A DNA stretch of 64,000 nucleotides from an uncultured Gammaproteobacteria bacterium (GTDB lineage Bacteria; Patescibacteriota; Microgenomatia; UBA12405), in assembly GCA_964544275.1 (NCBI GenBank), contig CAZIZX010000002.1, positions 96,100 through 160,099 on the forward strand, read 5' to 3'. The notes beneath the pieces were generated by a model that ran no database searches, was not told the DNA's origin, and worked only from the letters and a program-made list of their open reading frames with translations. Below are positions 17,190 through 26,395 of this stretch, piece by piece (position 1 is the first letter of the stretch; every line of letters begins with the position of its first letter). A program made the translations under genes and the position numbers.

Positions 17190-18239
17190 ATGAACTTAAT
17201 AATATTTATTGTGGCGTTATCTATATTAGTTTTGGTTCATGAGCTGGGGCATTATATTGCAGCCGTCAAAACGAAAGTGAAGGTGGAGGAATTTGGGTTG
17301 GGGCTGCCGCCGAGAATTACAGGAAAGAAAATCGGAGAAACGATTTTTAGTCTAAACTGGTTGCCGATTGGGGGGTTTTGTCGGTTGTACGGAGAGGATG
17401 GTGGGGGTAAAGGAGGCCGGGCGTTTAACAACAAAAATCCGTGGCAGAAATTGATAATCGTTTTGGGTGGGGTGCTGATGAACGTAGTTCTGGCAGTTTT
17501 GGTGTTTACGGTGGTTTATGCCATACTGGGAGTTCCTCAGAAGACAGATAGGGTGAAAATTATTGGGGTAGCAGCGGAATCTCCGGCGGAGGAAGTGGGG
17601 TTAGAAGAGGGGAATTGGATAAAAGAAGTGGCGGGAGAGCCAATTTCCGAACCGGAACAGCTGACTCAAAGGGTGAATGAATTTAAAGGAGAAACGGTTG
17701 AATTACTGGTGGAAAAAGATGGTGAGGAAGAAGTGGTGGGGGTTTTGGTCCGGGAGAGTCCGCCCGAGGGTGAAGGGGGTATGGGGATAGCTATATCCAA
17801 CACGGAGATGGTAAAGGTGCCCTGGTACCAGTTTTATAAGGGAGTGGTGGCGGGTTTTGAGGAGGCCTATTTTTGGGGTGAAATAATTGTGGGTGGAGTG
17901 GCCAAAATGATTGGTAGTTTGCTGAGCGGGCAAAGAGTAGAAGATGTGAGTGGGCCAATAGGAATGTTTCAGGCCACCAGTGCAATTCGGGAGAATCAGG
18001 GGATGCTGGCCGTGGTTCATTTCTTTGGAGTGGTTTCGGTTAATTTAGCGGTGGTAAATATTTTGCCTTTTCCGGCATTGGATGGAGGCAGGATTATGTT
18101 CGTGTTGTATGAGCTAATTACCAGAAGAAAACCGAACCAAAAAGTAGAGTCAATTATTAATAGTGTTGGGATGGTGGTTTTGCTGGGATTGATATTTTTG
18201 ATCACTGCCGGGGATATTGCCAGATTGGTTCGAAATTAG
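17190..18239 (+). CDS. rseP: RIP metalloprotease RseP (M50 plus PDZ)
   Basis: HELGH, PIGGF, PDZ domain, NILPFPALDGG. Confidence 0.92.
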   Translation: MNLIIFIVALSILVLVHELGHYIAAVKTKVKVEEFGLGLPPRITGKKIGETIFSLNWLPIGGFCRLYGEDGGGKGGRAFNNKNPWQKLIIVLGGVLMNVVLAVLVFTVVYAILGVPQKTDRVKIIGVAAESPAEEVGLEEGNWIKEVAGEPISEPEQLTQRVNEFKGETVELLVEKDGEEEVVGVLVRESPPEGEGGMGIAISNTEMVKVPWYQFYKGVVAGFEEAYFWGEIIVGGVAKMIGSLLSGQRVEDVSGPIGMFQATSAIRENQGMLAVVHFFGVVSVNLAVVNILPFPALDGGRIMFVLYELITRRKPNQKVESIINSVGMVVLLGLIFLITAGDIARLVRN

Positions 18240-18335
18240 TTTTCAGGCTATTTTCATTTTTCTTTGTTGACGGGGGGTTTTAAAGGTGTTTTACTAGTTA
18301 TATTAGCTATTGTTTGCTTGATAATTAGTAAAAAA

Positions 18336-20204
18336 ATGGAAAAGAAGTTGAGGAGATTCAGGAAAAGTTTAGGCTTAGCCCAGATTCCCTTGATCATTGG
18401 TTTGCTGGTAATGGCAGTGGCGATTCCGGTGGCAACCAGGTTAGTAGAACAGAATCAGGATGTGAGGAATCGGGCGGCGAGTGACTGGATTTGTCAGGAG
18501 TCACAGTGTAAAGCAAATTGTGAAGCGCCTTGTACAACTCTACGAGTTTTTGATTCTAATACGGATGTTGGTAGATGTTCTAACGTGAGTAATACAAAAT
18601 CAATAAAGATACATTGTTCAAATACGAGTCCGCCTAAGCCGATTGCTACGGTAGGGCCACAACCATCACCCGCGCCCCACCCGGCTACTCCCATCCCGAC
18701 TCAGGGGACAGTTACACCGACAACCAAACCGACAGCGACTGTGACGACCAAGCCTACAGCAACAGCTACAACCAAACCGGCGGCTACCAGTGTTCCACAG
18801 CCAACGGCAAAGCCAACTTCAGCGCCTAGTGGCGGTACAACTTGCGCATCGAAGGGATTAAAAACATGTCAGGAAGCTTATTCTACCGATCAGGGGTGTT
18901 CGGGAGGTCAGGTTAAAGAATGTGTAAAGTATGGTTGTAATTCGACAGGTCAAGGGGGATCGGGTTGTCCTTTTGACAAAAATGAAAATGGTACTTCTTC
19001 TTGCGGTTCTTGCTTTACTCCTTCAGGCGGGGGTGGTGGGAGTAGCGGTGGTAGTGGGTATCATTCTTGTCCGTCTTCGGACGGTAATCCGAATAAGCAA
19101 GCTTGTTGTGATAGTAGTGGTAATTATGTTGATTGGTGGTTGTGCGGAGGAGCTGGGGATGGTGGTGGAGGACAAACTTTGACATCGTTTAATGGGGTGG
19201 TGGTAGACGAGACGGGAGCGAGATGGGTACCAGGGAATGATGATTGTTCGGCAAAGAAAGGAAGTGTTTCTATTAGTTCGTCTAAGGGGAATGTTAAGTG
19301 GTTGGGTCAAGGGACTCCTGATGCACGTTTTGATGTTACTGGGGTGCCTTTGTCGGAGGTGACGGTGGTGCTGAATCCTCCCGGAGGATGCGGCTACACT
19401 TGTGATAAGTGGAGGATTACTGATGTTGGGGATAATTTGAAATCTTGGAAGGTTGTTGCTGAAGGGAGCGGTTGCACTGTGAAACTTACGCCTTATAAGA
19501 AGGAATATAGGTCCGGTATAACCTTTTTTATGAAAAAAGTTACACCAACCCCTATGGTACCTCCCCGGTTTAATGTAACAATTGAAGGGCCGACAGAAGT
19601 AGTAAGGGGTGAGACGGCGACGTTTATTGCCAGATCGCAAAGTACGGATGTAAAATTAACCAATATTAAATTATATTGGGGTGATAAGGGGGTTGTGGAT
19701 AGTTTATCCGGTTCGATTAATCCATGGGCATTATTTAAAGAATGCAGCGGTAGTAATGTTACTAGTTGTCAGGGAAATTTTCCGACGGACCGTTTTGACG
19801 GGGAATATTATATTGTCGTTAATGCTTCGACTGGTAGCAACGTTCATTGCAGTGGCAATCCTACCTGCCGGAGTTATCCCTGTAGCGGATTTTATGATTG
19901 TGGAACGGGAGATAATATGGTTTTATCATTAAGTGTAGCGCCAACTAGTACGCCTGCATTAGCTCCGACGGCGATGGCTACACCAAAGCCAACAGCTGGA
20001 GTGACTGGTGTTCCGACGGGGACACCGACATTATGTGAAAAAGCCTTAAATGTTAGGCTGGAAGGCTGGAAAACAGAATATGTAGCAAACAGAGGAAGAA
20101 GAGTTTCAGGGACTTGGAATGCTGACGTCAACAGGGATGGTTATGTTGACATAGTGGATCGTTCAATCATTCTAGAATGCTTGATTAAAAACGGTATTAT
20201 GTAA
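18336..20204 (+). CDS. Cys-rich surface protein: pilin-like N-terminus, Pro/Thr linkers, Ig-like region, C-terminal dockerin-like loop
   Basis: RRFRKSLG|LAQIPLIIGLL...QNQDVRNRA; TKPTAT repeats; many Cys; ADVNRDGYVDIVD. Confidence 0.75.
   Translation: MEKKLRRFRKSLGLAQIPLIIGLLVMAVAIPVATRLVEQNQDVRNRAASDWICQESQCKANCEAPCTTLRVFDSNTDVGRCSNVSNTKSIKIHCSNTSPPKPIATVGPQPSPAPHPATPIPTQGTVTPTTKPTATVTTKPTATATTKPAATSVPQPTAKPTSAPSGGTTCASKGLKTCQEAYSTDQGCSGGQVKECVKYGCNSTGQGGSGCPFDKNENGTSSCGSCFTPSGGGGGSSGGSGYHSCPSSDGNPNKQACCDSSGNYVDWWLCGGAGDGGGGQTLTSFNGVVVDETGARWVPGNDDCSAKKGSVSISSSKGNVKWLGQGTPDARFDVTGVPLSEVTVVLNPPGGCGYTCDKWRITDVGDNLKSWKVVAEGSGCTVKLTPYKKEYRSGITFFMKKVTPTPMVPPRFNVTIEGPTEVVRGETATFIARSQSTDVKLTNIKLYWGDKGVVDSLSGSINPWALFKECSGSNVTSCQGNFPTDRFDGEYYIVVNASTGSNVHCSGNPTCRSYPCSGFYDCGTGDNMVLSLSVAPTSTPALAPTAMATPKPTAGVTGVPTGTPTLCEKALNVRLEGWKTEYVANRGRRVSGTWNADVNRDGYVDIVDRSIILECLIKNGIM
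18720..18790 (+). repeat. Coding tandem repeat, ~3 x 24 nt (TTKPTATV/A)
   Basis: TTKPTATV-TTKPTATA-TTKPAATS. Confidence 0.7.
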
Positions 20205-20217
20205 ATAGGGGAAAACA

Positions 20218-21414
20218 ATGAAAAACAAAACAACAATTTTGGTGATGTTGATACTGGCTGTTGCTTTGGTAGCGGTAATGGCAGTGATAAGCAGTCGGCA
20301 GGATTTGCGAAGAAGTGCCCATTATGCCAAGGGAAGTTTGTATTTAACTCCGACAGATAATGAGGTGAGGGTGGGGGATGATATTAATTTAATTTTAAAA
20401 GCTGTTCCCGGCCCAGATAGTCCGAAAATCCAAAATGTTCAGGCTTTTATCTGTTATAACAAAAGTATTTTGACGTTGGGTGATGATACAGTGGATGCTT
20501 CGGGAAATTATGTTAATGATGGTAGCTTGGCAAATATTAGGGTGATTAATAAAAACGTGTTTTTGGAAGAGCCGATAGTTTTTTTTGAGGATATTGCCGC
20601 TAAAAGATGCTTGAATTTGACAGTGGTTTCCAATAGAGCGTCAGAATTAACCAGTGAGGTGGTTGATGTGGCTTCAATTAAGTTTACAGCAATAGGTGAA
20701 GGAAACGGGGCGGTGGAGATCGTAAAAGCGGATTCGGTAATGTCGGGTTATATAGCCGATAATCTTGATAAAAGCATTGAAATTACAAACGTGGAAAATG
20801 CTAATTATTTGGTAAGGGCAGCACAGGAAGAGCCGCCAGTCGGGGAAGTTCCTTGGTTGAATTTCAAAATGGCCTTTATGGGAGTGAACAGCGAGTCATC
20901 TTGTGCAGTTAATTGGCCGATGACGTTGACAGTTTTGGGAGGTGGAGTGACCCGAGTGTACAGCAATGTTAAGGGTACAGTAGTAAGTGGAACTGAGGGT
21001 CCGGTGGTGTATAACGTAAGTTTGCCGTTGACTGGTTTTAATCAGACAGAGAAGGTGGCAGTGCTAATTAAGGGACCAAAACATCTTCAGGTAAAATATG
21101 CGGTTGATGGACAAAAGGGCTTTTACGGTGCTGCGGGAGGGGAATTGACATTGGCCAAAGACAAGGCAGCAAGTAAAGTTTACGATTTTACAGGTTATCC
21201 TTTGTTGGCGGGCGATGTGACGGGTAAAAATGGAATCCAGGATGGGTTAATTAATGGATTGGATTTTCTTTTCGTCAGAGATAAAGCCATAGCTAGGGCA
21301 AGGGATTTGCAGAATATGGACATGGCTGATTTAGATGGAAATTGTGTTCATAATTCGCTTGATATTACTTGGTTAATGCAATCACTTGCTGAAAGGCAAG
21401 AGCAAATGAATTAA
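20218..21414 (+). CDS. N-anchored cohesin-like plus C-terminal dockerin protein (adaptor-scaffoldin-like)
   Basis: TM then RQDLRRSA; VRVGDDINL..VQAFICYNKSIL..VASIKFTAIGEG; LAGDVTG....DGLINGLD and ADLDGNCVHNSLD. Confidence 0.72.
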   Translation: MKNKTTILVMLILAVALVAVMAVISSRQDLRRSAHYAKGSLYLTPTDNEVRVGDDINLILKAVPGPDSPKIQNVQAFICYNKSILTLGDDTVDASGNYVNDGSLANIRVINKNVFLEEPIVFFEDIAAKRCLNLTVVSNRASELTSEVVDVASIKFTAIGEGNGAVEIVKADSVMSGYIADNLDKSIEITNVENANYLVRAAQEEPPVGEVPWLNFKMAFMGVNSESSCAVNWPMTLTVLGGGVTRVYSNVKGTVVSGTEGPVVYNVSLPLTGFNQTEKVAVLIKGPKHLQVKYAVDGQKGFYGAAGGELTLAKDKAASKVYDFTGYPLLAGDVTGKNGIQDGLINGLDFLFVRDKAIARARDLQNMDMADLDGNCVHNSLDITWLMQSLAERQEQMN

Positions 21415-21429
21415 TATTAAAGGAGAAAA

Positions 21430-22038
21430 ATGATAAACAGTGAATTTGGAAAAACATTATTACCATTAGTTTCGGTGGTGGTTATTTTGCAGAGCGTTGT
21501 TTTGGTGAATAGTATTCGGGATAAAAGAAATATTGGGGTGCAGACATTGAGAAACGATGTAGACACTACTGTGGCAAGGGTAAGCGAGGCGAAAGTGTTC
21601 GATATGGTATTTGGTGTAGATTCAAAATCGATGGTTGTCGGTAAAAAATATGCGATTGACTTGAGTTTGCTGAGCAAGGAGCAAAGTAACGTTGGGTCAG
21701 TTGAAATTTATGTAAAATATGATCCAAGCGCTTTTGAGGTGAGTAATTTAAGTTATGATGGCAAATTACAAAAGCCAGATGTTTTGATTGCAGGGGAAAA
21801 GAAGGGGTTAGTGGTGGCAAATTATTATTCTCTAAATCCGGCCGGGTTTGCTTTTAATGAGGCAGAACACTATAGTCTAGTCATGTTTGATGTTAAGCCG
21901 AAGAAGGAAGGAAGCTTTGATTTTGAAATTAGTACTGGTAATGCCGGTGATGGTTCTGCTACCATGATTTTAGACAATAATACAAAGAAGGAATTGCTCT
22001 ACTCGAGCAATAAATTAACTGTTAATGTAACTAAGTAA
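21430..22038 (+). CDS. N-anchored cohesin-like domain protein
   Basis: VGKKYAIDL..VGSVEIYVKYDPSAFEV..LVMFDVKPKKEGSFDFEI. Confidence 0.72.
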   Translation: MINSEFGKTLLPLVSVVVILQSVVLVNSIRDKRNIGVQTLRNDVDTTVARVSEAKVFDMVFGVDSKSMVVGKKYAIDLSLLSKEQSNVGSVEIYVKYDPSAFEVSNLSYDGKLQKPDVLIAGEKKGLVVANYYSLNPAGFAFNEAEHYSLVMFDVKPKKEGSFDFEISTGNAGDGSATMILDNNTKKELLYSSNKLTVNVTK

Positions 22039-22730
22039 TGAAGTATAAAAAAATTATAATTATAGGGTTAATAGTAATGGGAATGTTGGTTTCGGCCAGA
22101 GGGAGGGTGGCGCAGGCTGCGCCTCATTTTACGTTGTCACCGGCGACATACTCGGTTTCTGTGGGCAGTACTTTTGTGGTTGATCTGGGAGCCGATTCGG
22201 AGACTCAAAGTATTATTGCTATGGATGTAGTGGGTACTTTTGATCCAGTTAAGTTAGAGGTGGTATCAGTTGAGAAGAATAATACGACTAACTTTAATTT
22301 TGTGTTTGATACGACAACCCCAATTATACAAAATACCAACGGGAGGTTTGAGGTAACCTTGAGTCCGAGTAGTACCAGTGTTTATGACGCTCAGGTAGTG
22401 AAAGGAAGTTTGTTGAGGGTTAGGTTTAAAGCTAAAGCTGCTGGTGTGGCGAGTGTTAATTTGTCTTGTCAGGCTGGTTCGGTAACTGATACCAATATGT
22501 TTAATCAGAATTCAGAAGATGTAGTTAGCTGCGCTGCCAATCAAAGTGGTTCGTTTACACTGACTGCAGTGGGTGGTGATGGCGATGTCGTGAGTGATAC
22601 AACTACGGTGGCGACTACGGCCGCGCCGACGAGCGAGTTGCCGCAGACTGGTGGTATTGCTTCGACGATAGGATTGGTGTTGTTCGGGACTATCAGTGTA
22701 TTAGGCGCTCTTATGCTGAGGTTTTTATGA
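22038..22730 (+). CDS. Secreted cohesin-like protein with an LPXTG sorting signal
   Basis: Signal peptide (AQA-A); VGSTFVVDL..TFDPVKLEVVSV..LLRVRFKAKAAG; Thr-rich linker; LPQTG, TM, R. Confidence 0.78.
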   Translation: MKYKKIIIIGLIVMGMLVSARGRVAQAAPHFTLSPATYSVSVGSTFVVDLGADSETQSIIAMDVVGTFDPVKLEVVSVEKNNTTNFNFVFDTTTPIIQNTNGRFEVTLSPSSTSVYDAQVVKGSLLRVRFKAKAAGVASVNLSCQAGSVTDTNMFNQNSEDVVSCAANQSGSFTLTAVGGDGDVVSDTTTVATTAAPTSELPQTGGIASTIGLVLFGTISVLGALMLRFL

Positions 22731-23467
22731 AGGGAAGGGTGAATGCCAAAACTATCATTGTTTTGATAATTATGCTTTTGGTGGTGGTGTTGGGTGTTTT
22801 GGGAGCAAAAACGGTTCAAACATACTTGAGCGGTGCAACTGAAGATGTACTGCCCAGAAATGTAGTACCAACATCGAGTGAGGATGGTAGAAGTGTAGTT
22901 ATTTCCTGGATGTCGGACAAAGAATCTATGGGGGTGGTAGAGTATGGAACATCTCCGGCGTCTTTATTACTTCGGGCAATAGAGACGGGTCAAGTGACAA
23001 GCCACAAGGTAACTTTGACGCCGCTTAAACCGGGAACAGTTTATTATTTTCGGATAAAGATTGGCGAGGAGATATTTGATAACAGTGGTATACCCTATTC
23101 GGTTAAGACTAATGAGGATAAAGGAGTTGGAGTGGAAACAGAAGTAGAGACTCCAACGATAGAGTTAAAGCCGACGAGTGCGCCGGCGGGAAGCGGGGGA
23201 GATACTGAGGTGATAAGCAGCACATGCAACAGACAAACAGACTATAACGGTGATGGTGTAGTTAATGCGCTGGATCACATCCAGTGCATGAAAGGAGGGA
23301 CAGAAGGTGTTGTATCCGTGACTCCAACTCCGGCGGGAACGACACCGGTGATTCCATCCGAGGCAAGTGCAGCCAGTGAAGGTGAATGCAAGGCGGGGGT
23401 TGATTATGACGAAAACGGAGTGGTGAACAGCTTGGACATGATCAAGTGTTTACAAAATAAGAGATAA
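22727..23467 (+). CDS. N-anchored FN3 (purple acid phosphatase N-terminal-like) protein with two dockerin-like Ca loops
   Basis: VVISW..GVVEYGTS..HKVTLTPLKPGTVYYFRI; DYNGDGVVNALD and DYDENGVVNSLD. Confidence 0.78.
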   Translation: MKGRVNAKTIIVLIIMLLVVVLGVLGAKTVQTYLSGATEDVLPRNVVPTSSEDGRSVVISWMSDKESMGVVEYGTSPASLLLRAIETGQVTSHKVTLTPLKPGTVYYFRIKIGEEIFDNSGIPYSVKTNEDKGVGVETEVETPTIELKPTSAPAGSGGDTEVISSTCNRQTDYNGDGVVNALDHIQCMKGGTEGVVSVTPTPAGTTPVIPSEASAASEGECKAGVDYDENGVVNSLDMIKCLQNKR

Positions 23468-23509
23468 TAGGTAGAATATTGAACTGTTAAAACAAAAGGG
23501 GGTGACCTG

Positions 23510-23725
23510 ATGCCAATAATCGTAAAGAAGAAAAAAGGTGAAAGTAAGGATGATGTAATCGGAAAATTCCGAAGGTTGTGTCTTGAAGAAGATATTACTG
23601 AAGAAGTGAAAAAAAGAGCTGCTTATTCTAAACCGTCTGAGGGCAGGTATGCCAAAAAGAAAATAATTTTGTGGAAAGAAAAATGCCGCAAACGAGCTAA
23701 AAATTCGAGAAAATATGTCTCTTAA
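23510..23725 (+). CDS. rpsU: 30S ribosomal protein S21
   Basis: IVKKKKGES.DD.I.KFRR......E.KKR..Y.KPS; rpsU-yqeY synteny. Confidence 0.85.
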   Translation: MPIIVKKKKGESKDDVIGKFRRLCLEEDITEEVKKRAAYSKPSEGRYAKKKIILWKEKCRKRAKNSRKYVS

Positions 23726-24158
23726 GGATCAAATTAAGTCAGACAGCGTGACTGCTTTAAAAGCGCATGAGAGCAACAGGGTGGAAGTGTTGCGGTACTT
23801 AGTATCGCTAATTGATAAGAAGGAACTGCAATTGCCACCCGGTGAAATGAAGGAAAGTGAAGCGATAAATGTTTTGAGGAAGGAGTTGAAGAATAAGGAA
23901 GAATCGAGAGAAATGTTTAAAAATGCAGGAAGGGATGATCTGGTTGAGTCTTTGGACTATGAAATTGAAATAGTGAAGAGTTATCTACCTGAAGATATGA
24001 ACGAAGAGGATATTAAAGCTATGGTGGATGGGGCGGTGGAGAAGTTTGGAGCTAATTTTGCCCTGGTAATGAGAGAGGTGATGCCTCAGGTACAGGGAAG
24101 GGCGGGAGGAGATCTGGTTTCCAGAATTGTTAAGGAAAAATTAAGTGAAGAAAAATAA
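23715..24158 (+). CDS. GatB/YqeY domain protein
   Basis: SLKDQIK.D...ALK, F..AGRDDL, YLPE, GRAGG. Confidence 0.88.
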   Translation: MSLKDQIKSDSVTALKAHESNRVEVLRYLVSLIDKKELQLPPGEMKESEAINVLRKELKNKEESREMFKNAGRDDLVESLDYEIEIVKSYLPEDMNEEDIKAMVDGAVEKFGANFALVMREVMPQVQGRAGGDLVSRIVKEKLSEEK

Positions 24159-24516
24159 TTCGGAGATATTGATTAAATACCCCAGGAATTGGGGGTTAAG
24201 TGAGGTTTGGGTGAAAAAGGCCTTGGGGAAGGGATTGGCAGAAAGGGGTTTTGGCAGAAATGTGGAAGTGAGTGTGATTTTTGTGGGTCAGGTAAGGGCT
24301 AAAAAATTAAATCAGGAATATAGACAAATGAACTATATTCCACAGGTTTTGGGATTTTCGATGTCAAAGGCAAAAGACGCGGACGGAATGATTAGGTTGG
24401 GCGATATCGTGATTTGCACCCAAAAGTTAAAGTATGAAGCCAAAATTTTGAAAAAAGATATTAAAGATGTTTTGAGCGACTGGTTGACTCATGGATTGGA
24501 CAATTTGCTTAAGTGA
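24145..24516 (+). CDS. ybeY: YbeY-like rRNA maturation protein, degenerate C-terminus
   Basis: EVSVIFV, LNQEYR, VLGF, LGDIVIC, HGL. Confidence 0.75.
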   Translation: MKKNNSEILIKYPRNWGLSEVWVKKALGKGLAERGFGRNVEVSVIFVGQVRAKKLNQEYRQMNYIPQVLGFSMSKAKDADGMIRLGDIVICTQKLKYEAKILKKDIKDVLSDWLTHGLDNLLK

Positions 24517-24568
24517 TACATAAGAGACTAATTGCCAAGTTGGATAGTCTTTGATTAAATGGGAAGAG

Positions 24569-26089
24569 ATGGCAGTTTTTCATTTGAAGTACAGACCACT
24601 TAAAATAGCGGACTTGGACTTGGCCGATGTATCAGCGAAATTTGCCAGTATATTGGGTAATAGGGATATACCCCAATGCTTTTTATTTGCCGGGCCGAAA
24701 GGGGCTGGGAAGACTTCAGCTGCCAGGATTTTGGCCAGAGCGATAAATTGTGAGGATAAACAAGGGGTAGAGCCTTGCGGTAAGTGTGGGAATTGTAAGG
24801 AAATATTGAGTGGATCGAGTATGGATATTATGGAAATCGATGCTGCTTCGAACAGGGGGATTGAGGATGTGCGGGCACTAAGAGATAAGGCGTATTTACT
24901 GCCGAGCAAATTGAGTCGGAAAGTATTTATTGTGGATGAGGTTCATATGATGACGAAGGAGGCGTTTAATGCTCTTTTGAAGTTGATTGAGGAGCCTCCG
25001 GTTCACACCATGTTTATTTTGTGTACAACTGACGCGCAAAAGATTCCGGAAACGGTGTTGTCTCGGTTGATGAGGGTTGACTTTCGGAAAGGGGAGAAAA
25101 GTGAGTTGGTCAAGTCGCTTAAGAGGGTGGTAAAAGGGGAAAAGCTGGAAATAGAAAAAGAAATTTTGGAGTTGATAGCTGAAAAGAGTGACGGGAGTTT
25201 CCGGAACGTACAAAAGGCGTTGAATGAAATGTTTTTACTTTTTGGAAAAAAGTTGGACAAGGATTTGGTTGAAAAATATTTTGCTAGCAAGGGTGGAGAT
25301 TATACCGAGGAAGAGTTTGAGACAGATTTAAAGAATAGGGAGGTGAGAAAGATTCTGGAAAGGATGGAAAAAATGGCTGATGTGGGAGTGGATTTTACAA
25401 GTTTTAGAGAGAAAATAATCAGTTATTTCCAGAAGCAGATATTGGCAGTTTATGGAGTGGGAGAGAAAAGGAAAGGAGGATTGGGAGTAGGAGATATGGT
25501 GAGGCTGATAAACTTGCTGATTTTGGCTAGCAGAAAAGAGAAAGATATCAGTGTTGATCAGCTACCAATGGAGTTGGCGGTGATTGAATTTTTGGGTGAG
25601 AGCATGGATGGCAAGGGTGAAAATAAAAAATCAGAGGAGGAGACGAGGGCGGCTAAAAATGGAGTTGAGAAGAAACAAGAAACTAAGAAGGTAAACAAAG
25701 GGTTGGATGTTTCGATTGAAATGAAAGAGGTAGAGGAGGCTTGGGGGAAGGTGCTGTTGGCGGTAAAACCGTTTAATCACTCGGTGGAAGCGTTTTTGAG
25801 AGCGGTTAGACCGAGAGAGGTGAGTGGGGATTGTTTGGTGCTGGAAGTATTTTATCCTTTCCATAAAGAAAAGTTGGAGGAGAATAAGAATCGTCGAATA
25901 GTAGAAACAGGACTTAAAAAAGTATTTGGTTGCGATATGGGTTTTGAGTGTATTTTGAGCCAAACCCGGAAAAAACCATTAATAATAGATAATAATACTC
26001 CAATTGAAGTGGTGAGCGACGATGGTAGTCTGGGAGATAAGCAGACGGACAGGGAAATGTATGATGTAGCTAAAGAGATTTTTGGGTAG
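24569..26089 (+). CDS. dnaX: DNA polymerase III subunit gamma/tau
   Basis: KYRP, GPKGAGKTS, PCGKCGNC, EIDAASN, DEVHM, EEPP. Confidence 0.95.
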   Translation: MAVFHLKYRPLKIADLDLADVSAKFASILGNRDIPQCFLFAGPKGAGKTSAARILARAINCEDKQGVEPCGKCGNCKEILSGSSMDIMEIDAASNRGIEDVRALRDKAYLLPSKLSRKVFIVDEVHMMTKEAFNALLKLIEEPPVHTMFILCTTDAQKIPETVLSRLMRVDFRKGEKSELVKSLKRVVKGEKLEIEKEILELIAEKSDGSFRNVQKALNEMFLLFGKKLDKDLVEKYFASKGGDYTEEEFETDLKNREVRKILERMEKMADVGVDFTSFREKIISYFQKQILAVYGVGEKRKGGLGVGDMVRLINLLILASRKEKDISVDQLPMELAVIEFLGESMDGKGENKKSEEETRAAKNGVEKKQETKKVNKGLDVSIEMKEVEEAWGKVLLAVKPFNHSVEAFLRAVRPREVSGDCLVLEVFYPFHKEKLEENKNRRIVETGLKKVFGCDMGFECILSQTRKKPLIIDNNTPIEVVSDDGSLGDKQTDREMYDVAKEIFG

Positions 26090-26137
26090 AGGGGTGATAA
26101 AATGGATTGTTGTTATAAATTCTTTTAAATTACTTTT

Positions 26138-26386
26138 ATGTTTGATAAAGCAAAAATGTTGGCCCAGGCTTTGAAGCTGAAAAAAGCTGTTGAAGCGGAA
26201 ACCGTTGAGGTGGAAGAGGGTGGAGTTAGAGTGGTGGCCAGTGGAGATCAGAGAGTGAAACATTTATCGGTCAACGGGGTGGAAAATAAACTTTTAGTTG
26301 ATACGGTTAACAAAGCTTTGAAAAAATCACAGGAAGCCGCCGCTAAAAAAATGAAAGACATGGGTGGAATAGAGGGTTTATTTTAA
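26138..26386 (+). CDS. ybaB: YbaB/EbfC nucleoid-associated protein
   Basis: Position between dnaX and recR; GVRVVASG. Confidence 0.85.
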   Translation: MFDKAKMLAQALKLKKAVEAETVEVEEGGVRVVASGDQRVKHLSVNGVENKLLVDTVNKALKKSQEAAAKKMKDMGGIEGLF

Positions 26387-26395
26387 AAAATATAT

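Noticed and set aside
19023-19640. Long antisense ORFs (here, 10200-10754, 57672-58220, 59841-60386 and others)
   Set aside because: Shadows of well-supported genes on the opposite strand
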